From Rhizaria sp. SCN 62-66 (Eukaryota): a stretch of 64,000 bases of DNA. Where the stretch lies: the NCBI GenBank assembly GCA_001724265.1, contig MEDY01000067.1:1-64000 (forward strand). Reading direction: 5' to 3'. The notes beneath the pieces are model-generated. The model had not been told where the DNA came from. It did no database searches and worked only from the letters and a program-made list of their open reading frames with translations. How positions within the stretch are numbered: the first letter of the stretch is position 1; every line of letters begins with the position of its first letter. Below are positions 38,184 through 50,800 of the stretch, in pieces. The translations under genes were made by a program, and so were the position numbers.

Positions 38184-41100
38184 TCACTAAAAGCGCGCAA
38201 AGTGCGCCGCGGTGGCACGCGGCATCACGAGCGACGCGTGCGCCATCGCGCCCAGCCCCGCCCCGCCCAGCATAGCGCCGCCGTGAAGCCCAAGGCCAAC
38301 GCCACCGAGGGCAACGTCCCCCAGAGCTGCGCCGCCGCCGATCATGGCCGCGCCGGCGCCGGTGACATCACCAGCGGCGGCGGCACTGGCAGCGGCTGCA
38401 GCGGCAGCGGCGGCTTGCGGGAGCACAAGCCCGGGGATCAGCGCGTTGGCCGCGCGGGCCAGCACGCTCGCGAGCGCGCGCGCAACGATCCCGCTGAGCC
38501 CGCCGCCGTTGCGGTGGCGCCGGCCCTGCAGCCCGGCGGCAGCGTCTGCGGCGTCGTCGCCGTCGTCGCCGTCATCCGCGCCCGCGCCGCCACAGCAGAG
38601 CGCGGCCAGCAGTCCGCGGCTGCGGCGCGAGGCGCGGGTGACGCGGATGACCACGGCGGCGCGCGTGGCGTTGTTGATCACCTCAGAGGCGAGAGCGACC
38701 GAGTCGACGAGGCGCATGGCGAGCGCGTCACGGCCGAGCCAGACCTCGCCCGTGGTAATCTGCGGCAGTAGCGGAAGCAGCACGGGTCGGAACAACGCGA
38801 CGTGGTCCGAGAAGGCCGCGTGGATCGTCTCCAGCTCCTCCTGCAGCTTCGCGCGGCCCTCGGGCGTAACCTCGCCCGTCGTCGTCACCGTGCGCTTGTA
38901 GCGGCCCGCCGTAAACTGCAGCATGTCGACCTCATGACGCTTGAGCACCTTGGAGATGTTGGGGATCTGCGCGATCACGCCCACCGAGCTGTCGCAGAAA
39001 GAAAGAAAAAAGTTCGAATCGTGAGAAATGGGTTTAAAAAAAATGAAATTGAGCAACATCGAACAAACAAAAGAAAAATTACTCGTGAATCATAAAGTGT
39101 GATGATAATAGCCACGTACCCGACGTAAGCAAAAGGCGCGGCGACGATGCGGTCGGCGACGGCGGCCATCATGTACCCACCACTGGCAGCGACCTTATCG
39201 ACGCACACAGTGAGGTGGATGCCGTGCTCGCGGAGACGCGCGAGCTCGTAGGCAGCGCGGCCGTAGTGCGGGACGGCGCCGCCGCCGGACTCAAGGCAGA
39301 GCACGACCTCATCCTTGCCGGGCACACACGTCTGCACGGCGAAGTCGACGAACTTGGCCAGCAGATCCGTCCCCGAAGCGAAGATGTCGCCGCTCCAGTC
39401 GAAGACGAGCACGCGCGCGGGCCGCAGCGCCGCCTCCCAGAGCCGCGCCAGCTGCCCAGGGTGGCACTCGGGCCCCAGCGCGCTCAGCTGCGCGGCAAAG
39501 TTCTCCGTCAGCGCGGCCGTCTGCACCGCGCGCGCGGCGTCCCAGACCGGCGCGCGCGCCGCGAGCTCGTCGTGCAGCAGCGCCGCCGCGTCCGCCGCGA
39601 AGTCGCCCCGCGCGTCCTTGCTGGAGCCCTTCTTGGCTGCCTTGGCCTTAGAGACGGCCTTGTCGTCAGCCTTGCCTCTGTTGCTGTCGGCGGCCTTCTT
39701 GCTGCCCTTCTCGGAGGGCTTGGAGCTCTTGAAGACGGTCTTGCTGGTGGGCGTGGTGAGCGCGACCGTGGGCGCGGCGGTCATCGCGCCCAGGAACGGC
39801 ACCACGCGGCCCGACGGCAGCGCGCGCTCAGCACTCGCACGCGCGGCTGCGCTGCCGTCGGCGTTCTGAGTGGCAGAGTCGTGCGCATCGCTCTTCTTGG
39901 CGTCGGCGTTCACGCTGGCGGTGGTGAACGGGGACTGGGTGGCGCGAATGATGTGGCTCAGAGTCGCACTGAGCGCCAGCGCGGCGGTGCGCATCTTGGC
40001 CAGGCCACCGTCAGCAGCAGCAGCAGCGGTCTCGACGTCCGTCTCAGCGGCAGACTCGGTGCCAGTGGCGGCGGCGACGACGGGGGGCGTGCTGACGTCA
40101 GCGGCGTCGACCTCGGCCTCGGCCTCGGACTCTGCGTCGGACGCAGCGGCGACGGCGACGGCGGCGGCTACGGTCGACCCGCGGGCGGTGCGCGCACGCA
40201 CGCCGGCCTTGGCCTTATTTGCCGCGGCCACAGCGACGGACTGGCGGCGACCACGAGCAGCCGCCACGGCAGCCTTTCCGCGGCCCTTCTGTTCATCCTC
40301 CTCTTCTTCCTCGTTGTCATCGTTCTCACTGCCGCTGCCATCGCTGTTGTTATCCCCAGCAGCGGCGGCAGCGGCAGCGACAGGCTGACCGCGGATCACA
40401 GCGGCTGGGACCGCGCCGCCAGCGGGGGCGGTGCGCGTGAGTCCTGCGAGCTCCGTGGGGAACGCGCGGCCCGCGGCCGGGTACTCAAGAGTCCCGCCCG
40501 TCGCGCGCGCGGCTTCGGCGTCCGCGGCGGCAATGCCCGCGAGCAGCGTCGCCAGCGAGGCTTCGTCGCGACCGTACCCGCCGTTGAGGACCTCGAAGTC
40601 GAACGTGGTCTCCGCGGCAGCGTCAGCGCCGGCGGCCGCGGCAGCGGTCGAGCGCGGAGGACCGCGCGCGCCGCCACGCTTGCCGCCACCACCGCCGCCG
40701 CAGCAGCAGAGCCAACTGGAGCCGGAGCTGGAGCCGGCAGCGGCGTCGGCGCGGGCGCCCGCGGCGGCGGCGGGGGAGCTGCGGTACATCGCGGAGCGGG
40801 CGAGGCGCGGGGCCGCGAGCGCGAGCAGGACGCCGGCGTAGAGCAGCAGCGAGGCAGAGCCATCCCAGGTAATGTGCCAGTCCCAGAGGTAGCTGTGCAG
40901 GAAGGCGCGGTAGCGCAGCGCGAGGCCGGCGAGCAGCAGCAACAGCCCCAGCTGCGTTGCTCGCGAATAGGCGCTCGCGGCGGCGGCAGGGGAGGGCGCC
41001 GCGCGCCACGGCAGCGGCACGTGCGGGATGAACGGCGGCAGTGGCGCGCGGGAAGGGATGCCAACGGGGAAGAGGTCGCGCGCGGCAGGTGACGGGGCGA

Positions 41101-41323
41101 GAGCGGTGGCAGCAGGGGCAGCTGTGGTGGCGGCGTCAGCAATTGCGCTGTGCGTGCCACGAGCTGGTTTGGCGCCACGGGACTTGGGCACAGACGCAGT
41201 AGACGCGCGGGCAGGCGAGCGGGCGGGCGAGGCACTCTCACGGGCACGCGATGGAGCGCGGGCGGTAGGTGCTGCGTCGTCCGAGTGGTGCGGCGCGGTA
41301 GATCGGCTGCGGCGCGGAGGCAT
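38184..41323 (-). CDS. sohB: Peptidase S49 (SohB-like) membrane protease with long N-terminal extension; exons 41323-39120 and 38988-38184 (~1002 aa)
   Basis: Contains LESGGG...YG.AA.EL.RLR...LTVCVDKVAASGGYMMAAVADRIVAAPFAYVG|SVGVIAQIPN...TAGRYKRT...TGEVWLG, the S49/SohB signature with the catalytic Ser (AASGGY) and Lys (YKRT). There are two hydrophobic segments near the N-terminus. Ends TTT TAG TGA (38187 if TAG is the stop). Confidence 0.92.
38989..39119 (-). other. Spliceosomal intron, 131 nt, phase 2
   Basis: GTACGT...T-rich tract...GACAG. Splicing gives AYVGSVGVIAQ, the conserved S49 GSxGV motif. Confidence 0.93.
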
Positions 41324-41677
41324 GGCAGCTGCAGCGCGGCGCACGGTCGTCAGAAGATTTTGAACAAGATATAGAGGTGTAAGAAAGGTCACTGTAAATG
41401 TATAATTAATATTTGCAGTGTATATTCTAGAAATATAGTCATCAACTACAAATAATCATTCTGTGTCGATCTATTTATGGAGATATGCTAAATCGGGTTT
41501 AGGCGCGATCGACGTGGGTGTGCGACGGCATGTAGGAGATTTTCATGAAACAAAAACATTCTCGAACTAGACAGATGTTCGTACAAGTGCGTGTCAAATA
41601 GTTGCGCCGGAATACCTTAATTATTGTGTGCATTGTTTTGAAACTACACTGTTGATACAGTTAGTCTATCTTGCCCG

Positions 41678-41696
41678 ACAGATGCCTCCTTTTCGT
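41678..41696 (+). promoter_or_regulatory. Shared upstream motif ACAGATGCCTCCTTTTCGT
   Basis: 18/19 identical to the sense-strand motif upstream of BRX1 (55527-55509). It starts 154 nt before ATG 41832. Function is inferred only. Confidence 0.45.
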
Positions 41697-41831
41697 CCAC
41701 TCCAATCTCACACCCTTGTCACGCTGATCTTTGTCACATGAACTGCCCAGCATCACCTCACATAGAAAGCAACAAATTGACATTGTTCGCGAAGACATAA
41801 GAGCTGTTAGGACCCTGTAGGCGAGTGCTTA

Positions 41832-44800
41832 ATGTCTGACGAGTCCGGGCTCCGCGCCCGCGGCCGTGCTCGCAACCGCGCAGCCACGACCGATCTCGCC
41901 GACTCAGGTGACCACGGCGTTCCTGACGTCGCGCATACAGCAGACCCGACAACTATCGGCACATCATACGGCCCCACAGCCCCCGCCGGCGCTCTTGCGC
42001 CCTCTATCACTGTCTCATCCTCGTCCTCGCTGCTGGCGCCCGGCACGGCGGCCCCGGAGATCGAGCTCCTCACCCGCGGCGGCAGCGCCCGCGGCAGCGC
42101 TGGCGCCGACCCCGACCTCCGCATCCCCGCCGCGGGCCCGCGGCCGTCGTTCTCTCTCCCCGCGGGGCCCGGCGACGGCGCCGCTGCGGCGCTGCTTGTG
42201 CTGCCGGGCCGCAACAGCGGCAGCGGCGGCGGTGGCGGCGCGGGCAACCTGCGCCTCTCGGTGACGCCGCAGCCGCCGATGCGGACGCGCTCATTCCAGA
42301 CAGGCGCCACGAACGCCGCGGACTCCGGGGCCACTGCGGCGAGCGGCTACGATAGCCATGGCGACGACCACGCCGGCGTGCACGACGACGACGACGACGA
42401 TAACGAGTACAGTCCGGACGTCCCCGCGCCGCTGCTGCCGGCGACGAGGCTGCGACGCGCGCCCTCCACCTCCTCGGCCACGTCCGCGCGCATGCGCCGC
42501 CGCGCGGGGGCCGGGGCTGGCGCCGGCATATCCACGGCAGCGCTGCTCGACGCCGCCGCCGACGCCGCCGTGGCCGCGCCGGGCACCGCGTCGTCGGCGG
42601 TGCTCTCGGCCGCGGCCGCGCAGCGCGCGCGGCGCCGCGAGCGCGGGCTGCAGTCGGCGGTGAAGCGCGCGGCGGCCCGCGAGCTGCGCGCGCGCGAGTC
42701 CGCGCTGGGCTCGATGCGCGGCGTGGGCTGGACCGTGGTGTTGGGGCTTGCGCTTGTGGTGCTAGCGGAGCAGCTGTACGCCGTGCTCGACGCCCAGAGC
42801 ACGGCCTCCAAGTGGCTCTTCATGTACCTCGTCGTCATCGTCGTCTTCTACCTCTTCTCCTCGCCCTTCCGCGCTGGCGGCGCTGAGGAGGCGCGCGCCC
42901 CGACCCGCGGCGCGGCCGCGCGCGACGGACTCGGCCTAGGGCTCGGCGGCGGCTCCGGCGACGGACTGGGCGGGCTCACCGGCAACGGCACCAGCACCAG
43001 CGGCGGCTCGGGCTCCTCCGCGGGCGCCGGTTCCGGGTCCGGGGCCAGCGCCGACAGCGACGACGGCCCGGACGCGGCGTCCGGCGGCGGCGGCAGCGGT
43101 CTGCCGCGGCCGAGCTACTTCTCCGTGTCGACAGTGTACGTGGTGTGGCTGCTGCTGGCAACCGTCTACCACCTCCCGCCACTCAGCGCGCTCGGCATCG
43201 ACCTGCGCATCTCTATCTCTGTGTTCCTCACGATTCTCATCGCGACCTTCACGGCGCTGCTGCTGTTCCGCGGTGTCTACGCGCTCGCCGGCCTGGCTGC
43301 GCACGCCACGGCCCCGCGCTGGGCGGCCGGCAACTTCGCGCCGCAGCACCGCCTCAAGGGCCCTTTCAGCGTTGCTGAGGTCTGGCTGGCCGCCAAGAAC
43401 GCGCTGCTCATCTCGCTCGCGTGCTGCATCGCCTACGCGCACTGCGGCAACGAGGCTGAGGCGCTCGCGGGCTCCGTCGCCTCCGCTGTCGTCACCTCCG
43501 CCGCCACCGCCGCCACCGCCGCCACAGCCTCGGCGACGGGGGTCGGCGCCGCGCTCGCGGCCGAAACGCACGCCGCCACTGCCGCTGCTGCTGCCAAGTA
43601 CGAGTCGCCGACCGCTGCGTCTCAGTATACGCAGCCGCAGCCTGCGCTGCTACCCAACGGCACGCTCGCGGGCTCGGCGCTGCCGCCCTTCTCGCCCGTC
43701 ACGCCCGTTGCGCGCGTGGTCGCGGCCGACCGCGGCGACGGCGAGGACGACGAGGGCCTGCTGGAGCTGCTGGGCGCGCTCTGGGAGTCCACCGCGCACG
43801 CCGTCACCGAGACCGTGCTAGGCACCGCCTCAGACGCCCCCGCGACCGTCTCGTCCAAGTTCGGCGCTGCCAGTATGGCGTCACCGCGGGCGTGGGGCGC
43901 GGCGGCGTGGCGCGCGATGCAGTGGCGGCCGTGGCGCTCGCAGGCACTACTGGCCGGGCTGCGGTCCAACGTGTGCACGACGTGGTTTGTGTCGCTCGAG
44001 GCCAGCGCGTACCATCCTCTGTACCAGGCGCTCGCGCTCTACCAGGAGGGCCGCGCGGGCTCGCCGCAGCGGCGTCCGCTGGCCGGCGTGCAGACGGACA
44101 AGCAGCGGTGCATGCACCGGCTCGCGGCCGCCCCGCCGGCCTGCGCCAAGAGCAGCGGCTCAAAGAGCAGCGGCCGCGACCGCAGAGTCGATGCGGCTGA
44201 GAGCGGCGAGCTGGACTGGGTCGACGCACTGCGCGCGGCCGCCGGCGCCGCAGTGAACGAGGTGTTCTGGCCGCAGCCGTTCAGCTCGCTCCCGCGCCAT
44301 GCGCCGCCTGCTGCGTCGCGCGCCGCCTCGTGCCGCGACCAGCCGGCCTCGGCCGAGTCAGCGCCAGCGACCGCGCGCGCGCAGAGCGCCACCCAGCGTC
44401 ACGACGAGAACCTGACTCGCCACGCCGACGCGGACGCGGACGCGGACGAGAGCGCTCATGCCGCCGCCGGTGCCGCCCTCTCGGGGGCCATCCCGGACCC
44501 TCTGACGGCCGCGGTCGCCACAGCCCGTGCGCTGGGCCGCACCACCGTGTCCGTCGCTACCTGGGTCTTCCCCTCGCTGGCGGCGTCCGGCGCGCCCGCC
44601 AACACCGACGCGGCTACTGAAGCGCACGGCGCTGTTGAGCTCGACACCGACCCGTGCCCCGCCCCGTCGCGCGACGGCGGTTTCGACAGCGCGTTCTCCA
44701 TCGACGACGGCGAAGATATGGTCGACGCGCCGCCGCCGCAGATCTCCGCGATCTGGACGCTGTGGATGACGCTGGTGATGATCTACATTGTCAACTACTC

Positions 44801-47800
44801 CTTCGAGCGCTCCGCAGTGTGGTCACTGGCCTTCATGGACCCCGACGCCGCTGCTGCGGCGCTCGCGGCCGTCGCGGCAGCCAACGCGGCCGCGGCCACC
44901 GCTGCGGCCACCGCCGCCGCGGCTGCGGCGGCAGCGGGCGGCAAGGATCTGCCGATCCTCTTCTCGGGCGCCTACGCCGGTCTCGTCGACGCGCGCACCA
45001 AGGGCACTGCCGCTGCCGCAGCTGCAACAGCGTCTACGGGCAGCGCAGACAGCACCGCCGACGCTGACAACATCAGCGCCAATAACGGCACTGTGTACGG
45101 CAAGGCGGCGCGGCCCTCTGCGACTGCACCGTCGACGGCCGCGGCCGTGGCTGCTGCGGCCGCCGGTCTGGCGGCGCCGTCGGAGGCCGCGAGCGCCGGT
45201 GAGCAGCAGTTGCAGCAGCTGCATCAGCAGCAAAAGCTCCGGCGCGCGCAGCAGGCCGCTGCTTCCGCTGCCGCGATGGTCGCGGTCAGGGACTTCCTGG
45301 CCTTCACGCACCCGCAGTACGCCGCAGCCGCTGCTGCTGCCGCCGCCGCCGCGACCTCTGCGAACGCGATCGGCGCGCACAGCAGCGGCGGGCACACCCG
45401 TGGCCAGTCCGCGCTCGAGTCACTGTTTAACGACCCCCGCGGCGACGCCAGCAGCAGCGTCAGTGGCAGCAACAGCGGCGGCGTGGAGTCGGCCTCGGCC
45501 ACGCCCGCAGACGGCGCGGCCGGTTGTCCGCAGCCGGGGTCCGCGCGCGGCTCGCTGACGTCACCGTCGTCGGTGCTGCGCACTCTGGCCAGCTCCACGG
45601 CCGCGCGCCAGCCGCTGGCGTCGCTCTTCTCGCAGCTCGACGAGGAAACGCCCGGCGAAACGTCCGGCGCGCGCGGCGGCGCGGGCACCGGCGCCTCGCC
45701 CGCATCGCCGCCCTCGTTGCCGGACGCTGAGTCTGCGAGCAGGGGCGGTGCTGTTGTCGCGCGCGCGATGCCGCCGTGCCGCCTGACGCCGCCGCCGTCG
45801 ACGCACGGCCTCGCGCTGTCGCCGCTGGGCTACGTGCTTGGCGCCAAAACGCGCGTGCGCACAGCGTTCGACCACCCCGGCGCGCGCCCACGCTTCCTGC
45901 CCATGGTGTCGTGGTTTGCGGTCACTTCTGCCGACATCTGGCAGTCGGTCTTTGACATCATCGTCTCGTTCAAGCTCTTCTTGGGGCGTTTTGACCGCCG
46001 CTCCATGCAGGCCGCGCTCGCGCCAGCCGCCGCCAGCGCCGCTCACGCGCTGGTAAAGGCGCGCGTCCCGCCCGCGACGGCCGCCGCGCTCTCGCACGCC
46101 GAGAGCGCCGCCGCCGCCGCCGCGCTGGCCTCGGCGCTCGCGCTCGCGCACGGCAACGCGGCCTCGGCACGCGCGGCAGCCGTGGCGCACGCCATCTCGG
46201 CCGTCGGCACCGCGCTGCGCGCCGCGTCCTCGGCCTCGGAGCGGCTGCAGCTGCAGTCGGCCGCCACGGGCGCTGCGGCGTCGGCGCACTCGACCGCTCT
46301 CGCGCTGCTCACCGCGCGCGTCGCCGCGGCCGAAGCCGCGAGTTCGGGCCGCTAGGCCGCTGCGGTCGCGCGCGGCGCCGCCGCCGAGGCGCAGGCCGAG
46401 GCCGCGGTGCGCCGCGCGAAGGCCGCGGAGCGCAAGCAGCTCCGGCGCGCGCAAAGGGCCGAGCGCGAGGCTGCCGCCGCCAAGGACGGCGCCGCCAAGG
46501 TTGCCGCGGCGCTGCTCCAGCTCGCGCAGGCTGTCGCCGCTCCGGGTGGAAACCGCCGCGCCGAGGCCTCTGTGAAGGCTGCTGAGGCCGCGGTGGCCGC
46601 CACGACCGCCTCTGCTGCGCCGCACAGTGACACTGAGCCCAGCTCTTCGTCTGAGTCTGAAGCAGAGGCGGAGGCTAAGGCAGAGACCACTGTGGCGGCG
46701 CAGCCTGCGCCTTCGAGCACGCAGAGTCAGGGCCAGCTGCAGTCGCTGTCGCAGTCGTCGCAGCCCCAGCCGCAGCAGGGGCATGCAATGTTCCAGTCTC
46801 TGTCGCTGACGAGCCTGCCCGGGGCTGCGAGCGCCGACAGCCTGTCGTCGAGCGGTGATGCGACTGCAGCGCACATGCTGCTGGCGCCGCCCGTGGCCCC
46901 GCTGACGATGCCCATGCCTTCGCCGCCGTCGGTGACCGCGACGCCGCTCTTTGTGCCGCTGCAGACGCTGCCGCCGCTGACGCCCGCGTCGGGCCTGCCG
47001 ATCGTGGGCGTGGGCTCTGCGCAGACGCAGCCTGTGGCCTCGGTGGCGGGGATGCCGATGGGCACTGCGGGCTTCTCGCTGTCTGCGCTTTCGATGCCCT
47101 CGCTCGCCACCACCAACACTGTCGGCAGCAATCTTGCGACAGTGCCCGTCGTCGCTAATGCTGCTGTTGTCCAGAACTCGCTGCCGCTGCATGCGCCCGG
47201 GCCGCTGTTCAACATTCCCAGCACCGGCACTAGCGCCGGCACTGGCGTCAGCTCCGGTACCGGCAGCAACTCCAACCCCAACACCATCACCGGCGTGGGC
47301 GCGATCGCAGGCGCGTTGGCGAACAGCGGCAATGGCGTGGCTAGCGATACTGGTTACTCCTTGACCGCGTCTTCCGTCGCGTCGTCAGCGGCGGCAGCGG
47401 CAGCGGCGGCGGGAGCGTCGTCCGCGGCTGCGCTTGCGATGTTCGCGGCGCACATGAGCGCCACGCCCGCCGCGTCCCCCTCGCATGGCCCCGCAGTCGC
47501 GCCCGCGTCTATCCCGGCGCTGCCGTCGAACAACACTACTTCGTCGACGCTGTCTGCGCCCGCGGCCGCGGACGAGGCCGAGGCCGCGCTGGCAGCGCTG
47601 CACGCGCGCCTTGCCCAGATCGACGCCGAGGAGGCCGCCGCGGTCGCCGCCGCCTTCGCCGAGGCCGAGGCCGCTGCGGCTCAGACGCGCGGCGAGCCAT
47701 GCGCGGCCGAGGCGGCGCGGCTCGCGCAAGTTGCCGCCAAGGTCGCGTTCCGTGCTCAGACCGAGGGCGCGCTGTTCACGCACTTTGCCGAGGTTGACGA

Positions 47801-50800
47801 CGCCGAGCGCGCCGCGGCTGAGACGGCGGCCTGCGTCGACGCCGCCGCACGCGGAGAGCCCGCGCCCGCGGACGCTTTGGCCTACGCGCGCGCGGCTGCC
47901 GACGCCGCGGGCGTGGGCCGCCGGTTTGCCGACGGCGCCGAAGGCACCGTAATCGCTACGGGCCGCAGTCTCGGCGGCGGCAGCAGCGCGCGCGCCGACG
48001 AGGACAGCGCCGGCGGCGCGTGCGACTTTTGGTTCGACTGGTTCGCCGACACCGGTGACGGCGGCGACGCGACGTACACAGTGGCCTGGCTTAGTGCGCA
48101 GCCGTACCTGGACCTGGAGGTGCCGGGCCCGCTGGAGACGGCGGCGCCGCTGCCGCTGGAGCTGCTGCGCTTCCGCCGCGACCGCGAGCGCGAGGACCGG
48201 AAGCGCGGCTACCACGGCGGCATGCCCGCCACGCCCGCTGCCGTCGCCGCGGCCGCTGCGGCGCGCGCCGCGGCTGCCAAGGCCGCCGCAGAGGCGGCGC
48301 CCAACAACGCCACTCTCGCTGCGGCTGCTGCGGACGCCGCGGCTGCCGCTGCGGCGGCGGCGGAGGCCGTGCCCGCGGGTTACGGTCTCGGGCTCGGTCG
48401 GCGCAAGCTCCAGCAACAACAGCAACAACAACAGCTCCTGCAGCAGCAACAGCAACAGCAGCAGGGCGTGCGTGCCGGTACCGGTGCGAAGGCGCCCGTG
48501 CGTGCGTCGCTGACCGGCGGGCTGCTGCACCCCTGGTCGTCCTCGGCCGCGGGCGCCGCTGTCGCCGCCGCCGCGGGCGCGAGCGCCGCCGCTGTGGCGG
48601 GGCGCGGCGCGTGGGGCAGCCCCGTGCTGCCGCTGTCGACCGGCGGCCCGCGCCGCGCCCCGCTGCAGCAGCGCCAGGCACGCGCGTCAGGCCGCAGCGG
48701 CGCGCGGCGCGTGGCCTACGGCGCGACGCTCAGCGCGGGCGCCGAGGCCGCTGCGATGGCGGCGGCGGTGGGCCGCGAGCGCGAGCGCGAGCGCGAAGGC
48801 GGCGCTCTCGACGCTGAGACAGGCAATGTTTTCGTGAGCACGGCGGCGAGGCCGAGTATCGTCGCCGCAGCCGCCACGGTCACCGCGGCCGCTGCTGCCG
48901 CCGCCGCTGCGGGCGACGTCAGAGAGAGCGCAAGCGCCCGAGACGAAGACGACGAGCAGGAACAGGAGCAGGAGCAGGACGCCAGCGGCGACCAGTACCC
49001 GTCCCCCGCGCGAGACGGACCGGCTTCTCCCCGCGGCGGCCTCGCCGCGCTGCAGATGCGCCGCTCGCGGTCCTCGATCACGACGCCGCGTCCCAGCCCG
49101 CCGGCCACCTGCCGCGGCGCCGCGCTCGCCGCGCTCGCCGCCTCGCCGTGCTCTCCCTCCCCCGCAGCGGCCGACGCGAGCAGCAGTTATGTGGCGCTGG
49201 AGGCCGAGGCTCCGGCGACGCCCGTCACCGTCACCGAGACTACCAGCACGGGTGCGCAGGGCCTCTTCGCGTCTGCGCTTGCACGCGCGCCTGCCGCGGC
49301 CGCTGCGAGCGTGAAGCGCATGCTCACCGCCACGCGCAAGCCGCTGAAGCAGCTGCGCAAGCGCTCCGCGGCCGCCGTGCGCGCGGCGCGCCGTCTGTTC
49401 GCTGCGGCCGCGGGCCATCCCGCCCGCACTGGCTCCGGCGCCGGCGCCCGCATGGTGCACCCCGGCGCCGGCACCGGTGCTGACGGGGCTGCTGTCGACG
49501 CAGGCGCTGGTGATGAGGGGATGTTGCGCGAAGTGGGCGACTACCAGTACGACGAAGATGAGGAGGAAGACGAGTTCGACGAGGACGAGGACGATGACCA
49601 GCACGCTGGTGACGGCATCGACGGTGCTGGTGCTCATGCTGACGAAGCTGGTGCTATCAGTGCTGACCTGGACGCTGAGGATGCGCTCTACTCCAACGCT
49701 GACGCCGAGGCCGACGCGGATGCTGAAGCTGCGGCCGAGGCGGAGGCGGAAGCTGAGGCGCAGGATGAGCTTGAGTCGGGGTCAGAGACCGGGGATGATG
49801 ATAGCGCTTCTGGTGATGACTCAGATGGCGCCGTTCCCGCTGAGACCACGGCGGACTCCCTCGCACTGCCCGGTGGAAATGCGTCCATTCCCCATAGCGC
49901 CACGGCCCCCGCGCATACCGGCGTCGCCGTGCCCTCGGTCACGCTCACGGTCACCGCGCCTGGCGACGCCGACAACGGCAGCCACCGCCACACCGGTGAC
50001 AGCAACAGCGGTGCCGCAGTGCGCCGGTCACCGTCGCGCTCCTCGCGCGCGCGCTCGCGCACCGCCGCTGCGTCCGAGACCGTGGGCACGCCTGACGGCC
50101 GGAGGCTCCCGTCGGCTTCGCTGTCCGCGACGGGCGGGCACAAAAGTGGCAGCAGCCGGCGCAGTCACAGCATCACCAAGGGCCCTGCCGCCCTGCTGGC
50201 ACCTTCCGCCGTGACCGCCGCCGCCTCGGTCGCCACACCCTCGCGCCCCGCCGCAGGAGCACGCGCGCCCGCTGTGGGCACGTCCTCCAACGCCACGACC
50301 ACGGCGACGACGACTGTGGCGTCATCAGCGAGCCGCGTGTCGCGCCGCGACCTGCCCCACGTGCGCCTGCCGCGGCCGCGCGTGCTGGTGATCGGCGGCG
50401 ACATGGCGTACCCCACGCCCAACGCGGAGACGTTCGACGAGCGGCTGCTGCTGCCGTTCGAGTACGCGCTGCCGCCGCCCGCGTGGCGGTCCTTCGCGAG
50501 CGCGGCCGTGCGCAAGCCTGAGCTGCCGCGCGGCGTGACGCTGCGCGCCTACCACGGCCCGCAGGCCTTCGTGCTGCCGGGCAACCACGACTGGTTCGAC
50601 GGGCTCGACACGTTCGCGCGCTATTTCATGCACCGGTCCTGGTTCGCCGGCTGGCTGCTGCCGCAGACGCGGTCCTACTTCGCGCTGCGGCTGCCGTGCA
50701 AGTGGTGGATGTTTGCCGTGGACCTGTCGCTGACGCTGGACATCGACCCCGCTCAGTACCAGTTCTTCGCCGACACGATCGAGCGCGAGATGGGTCCCGA

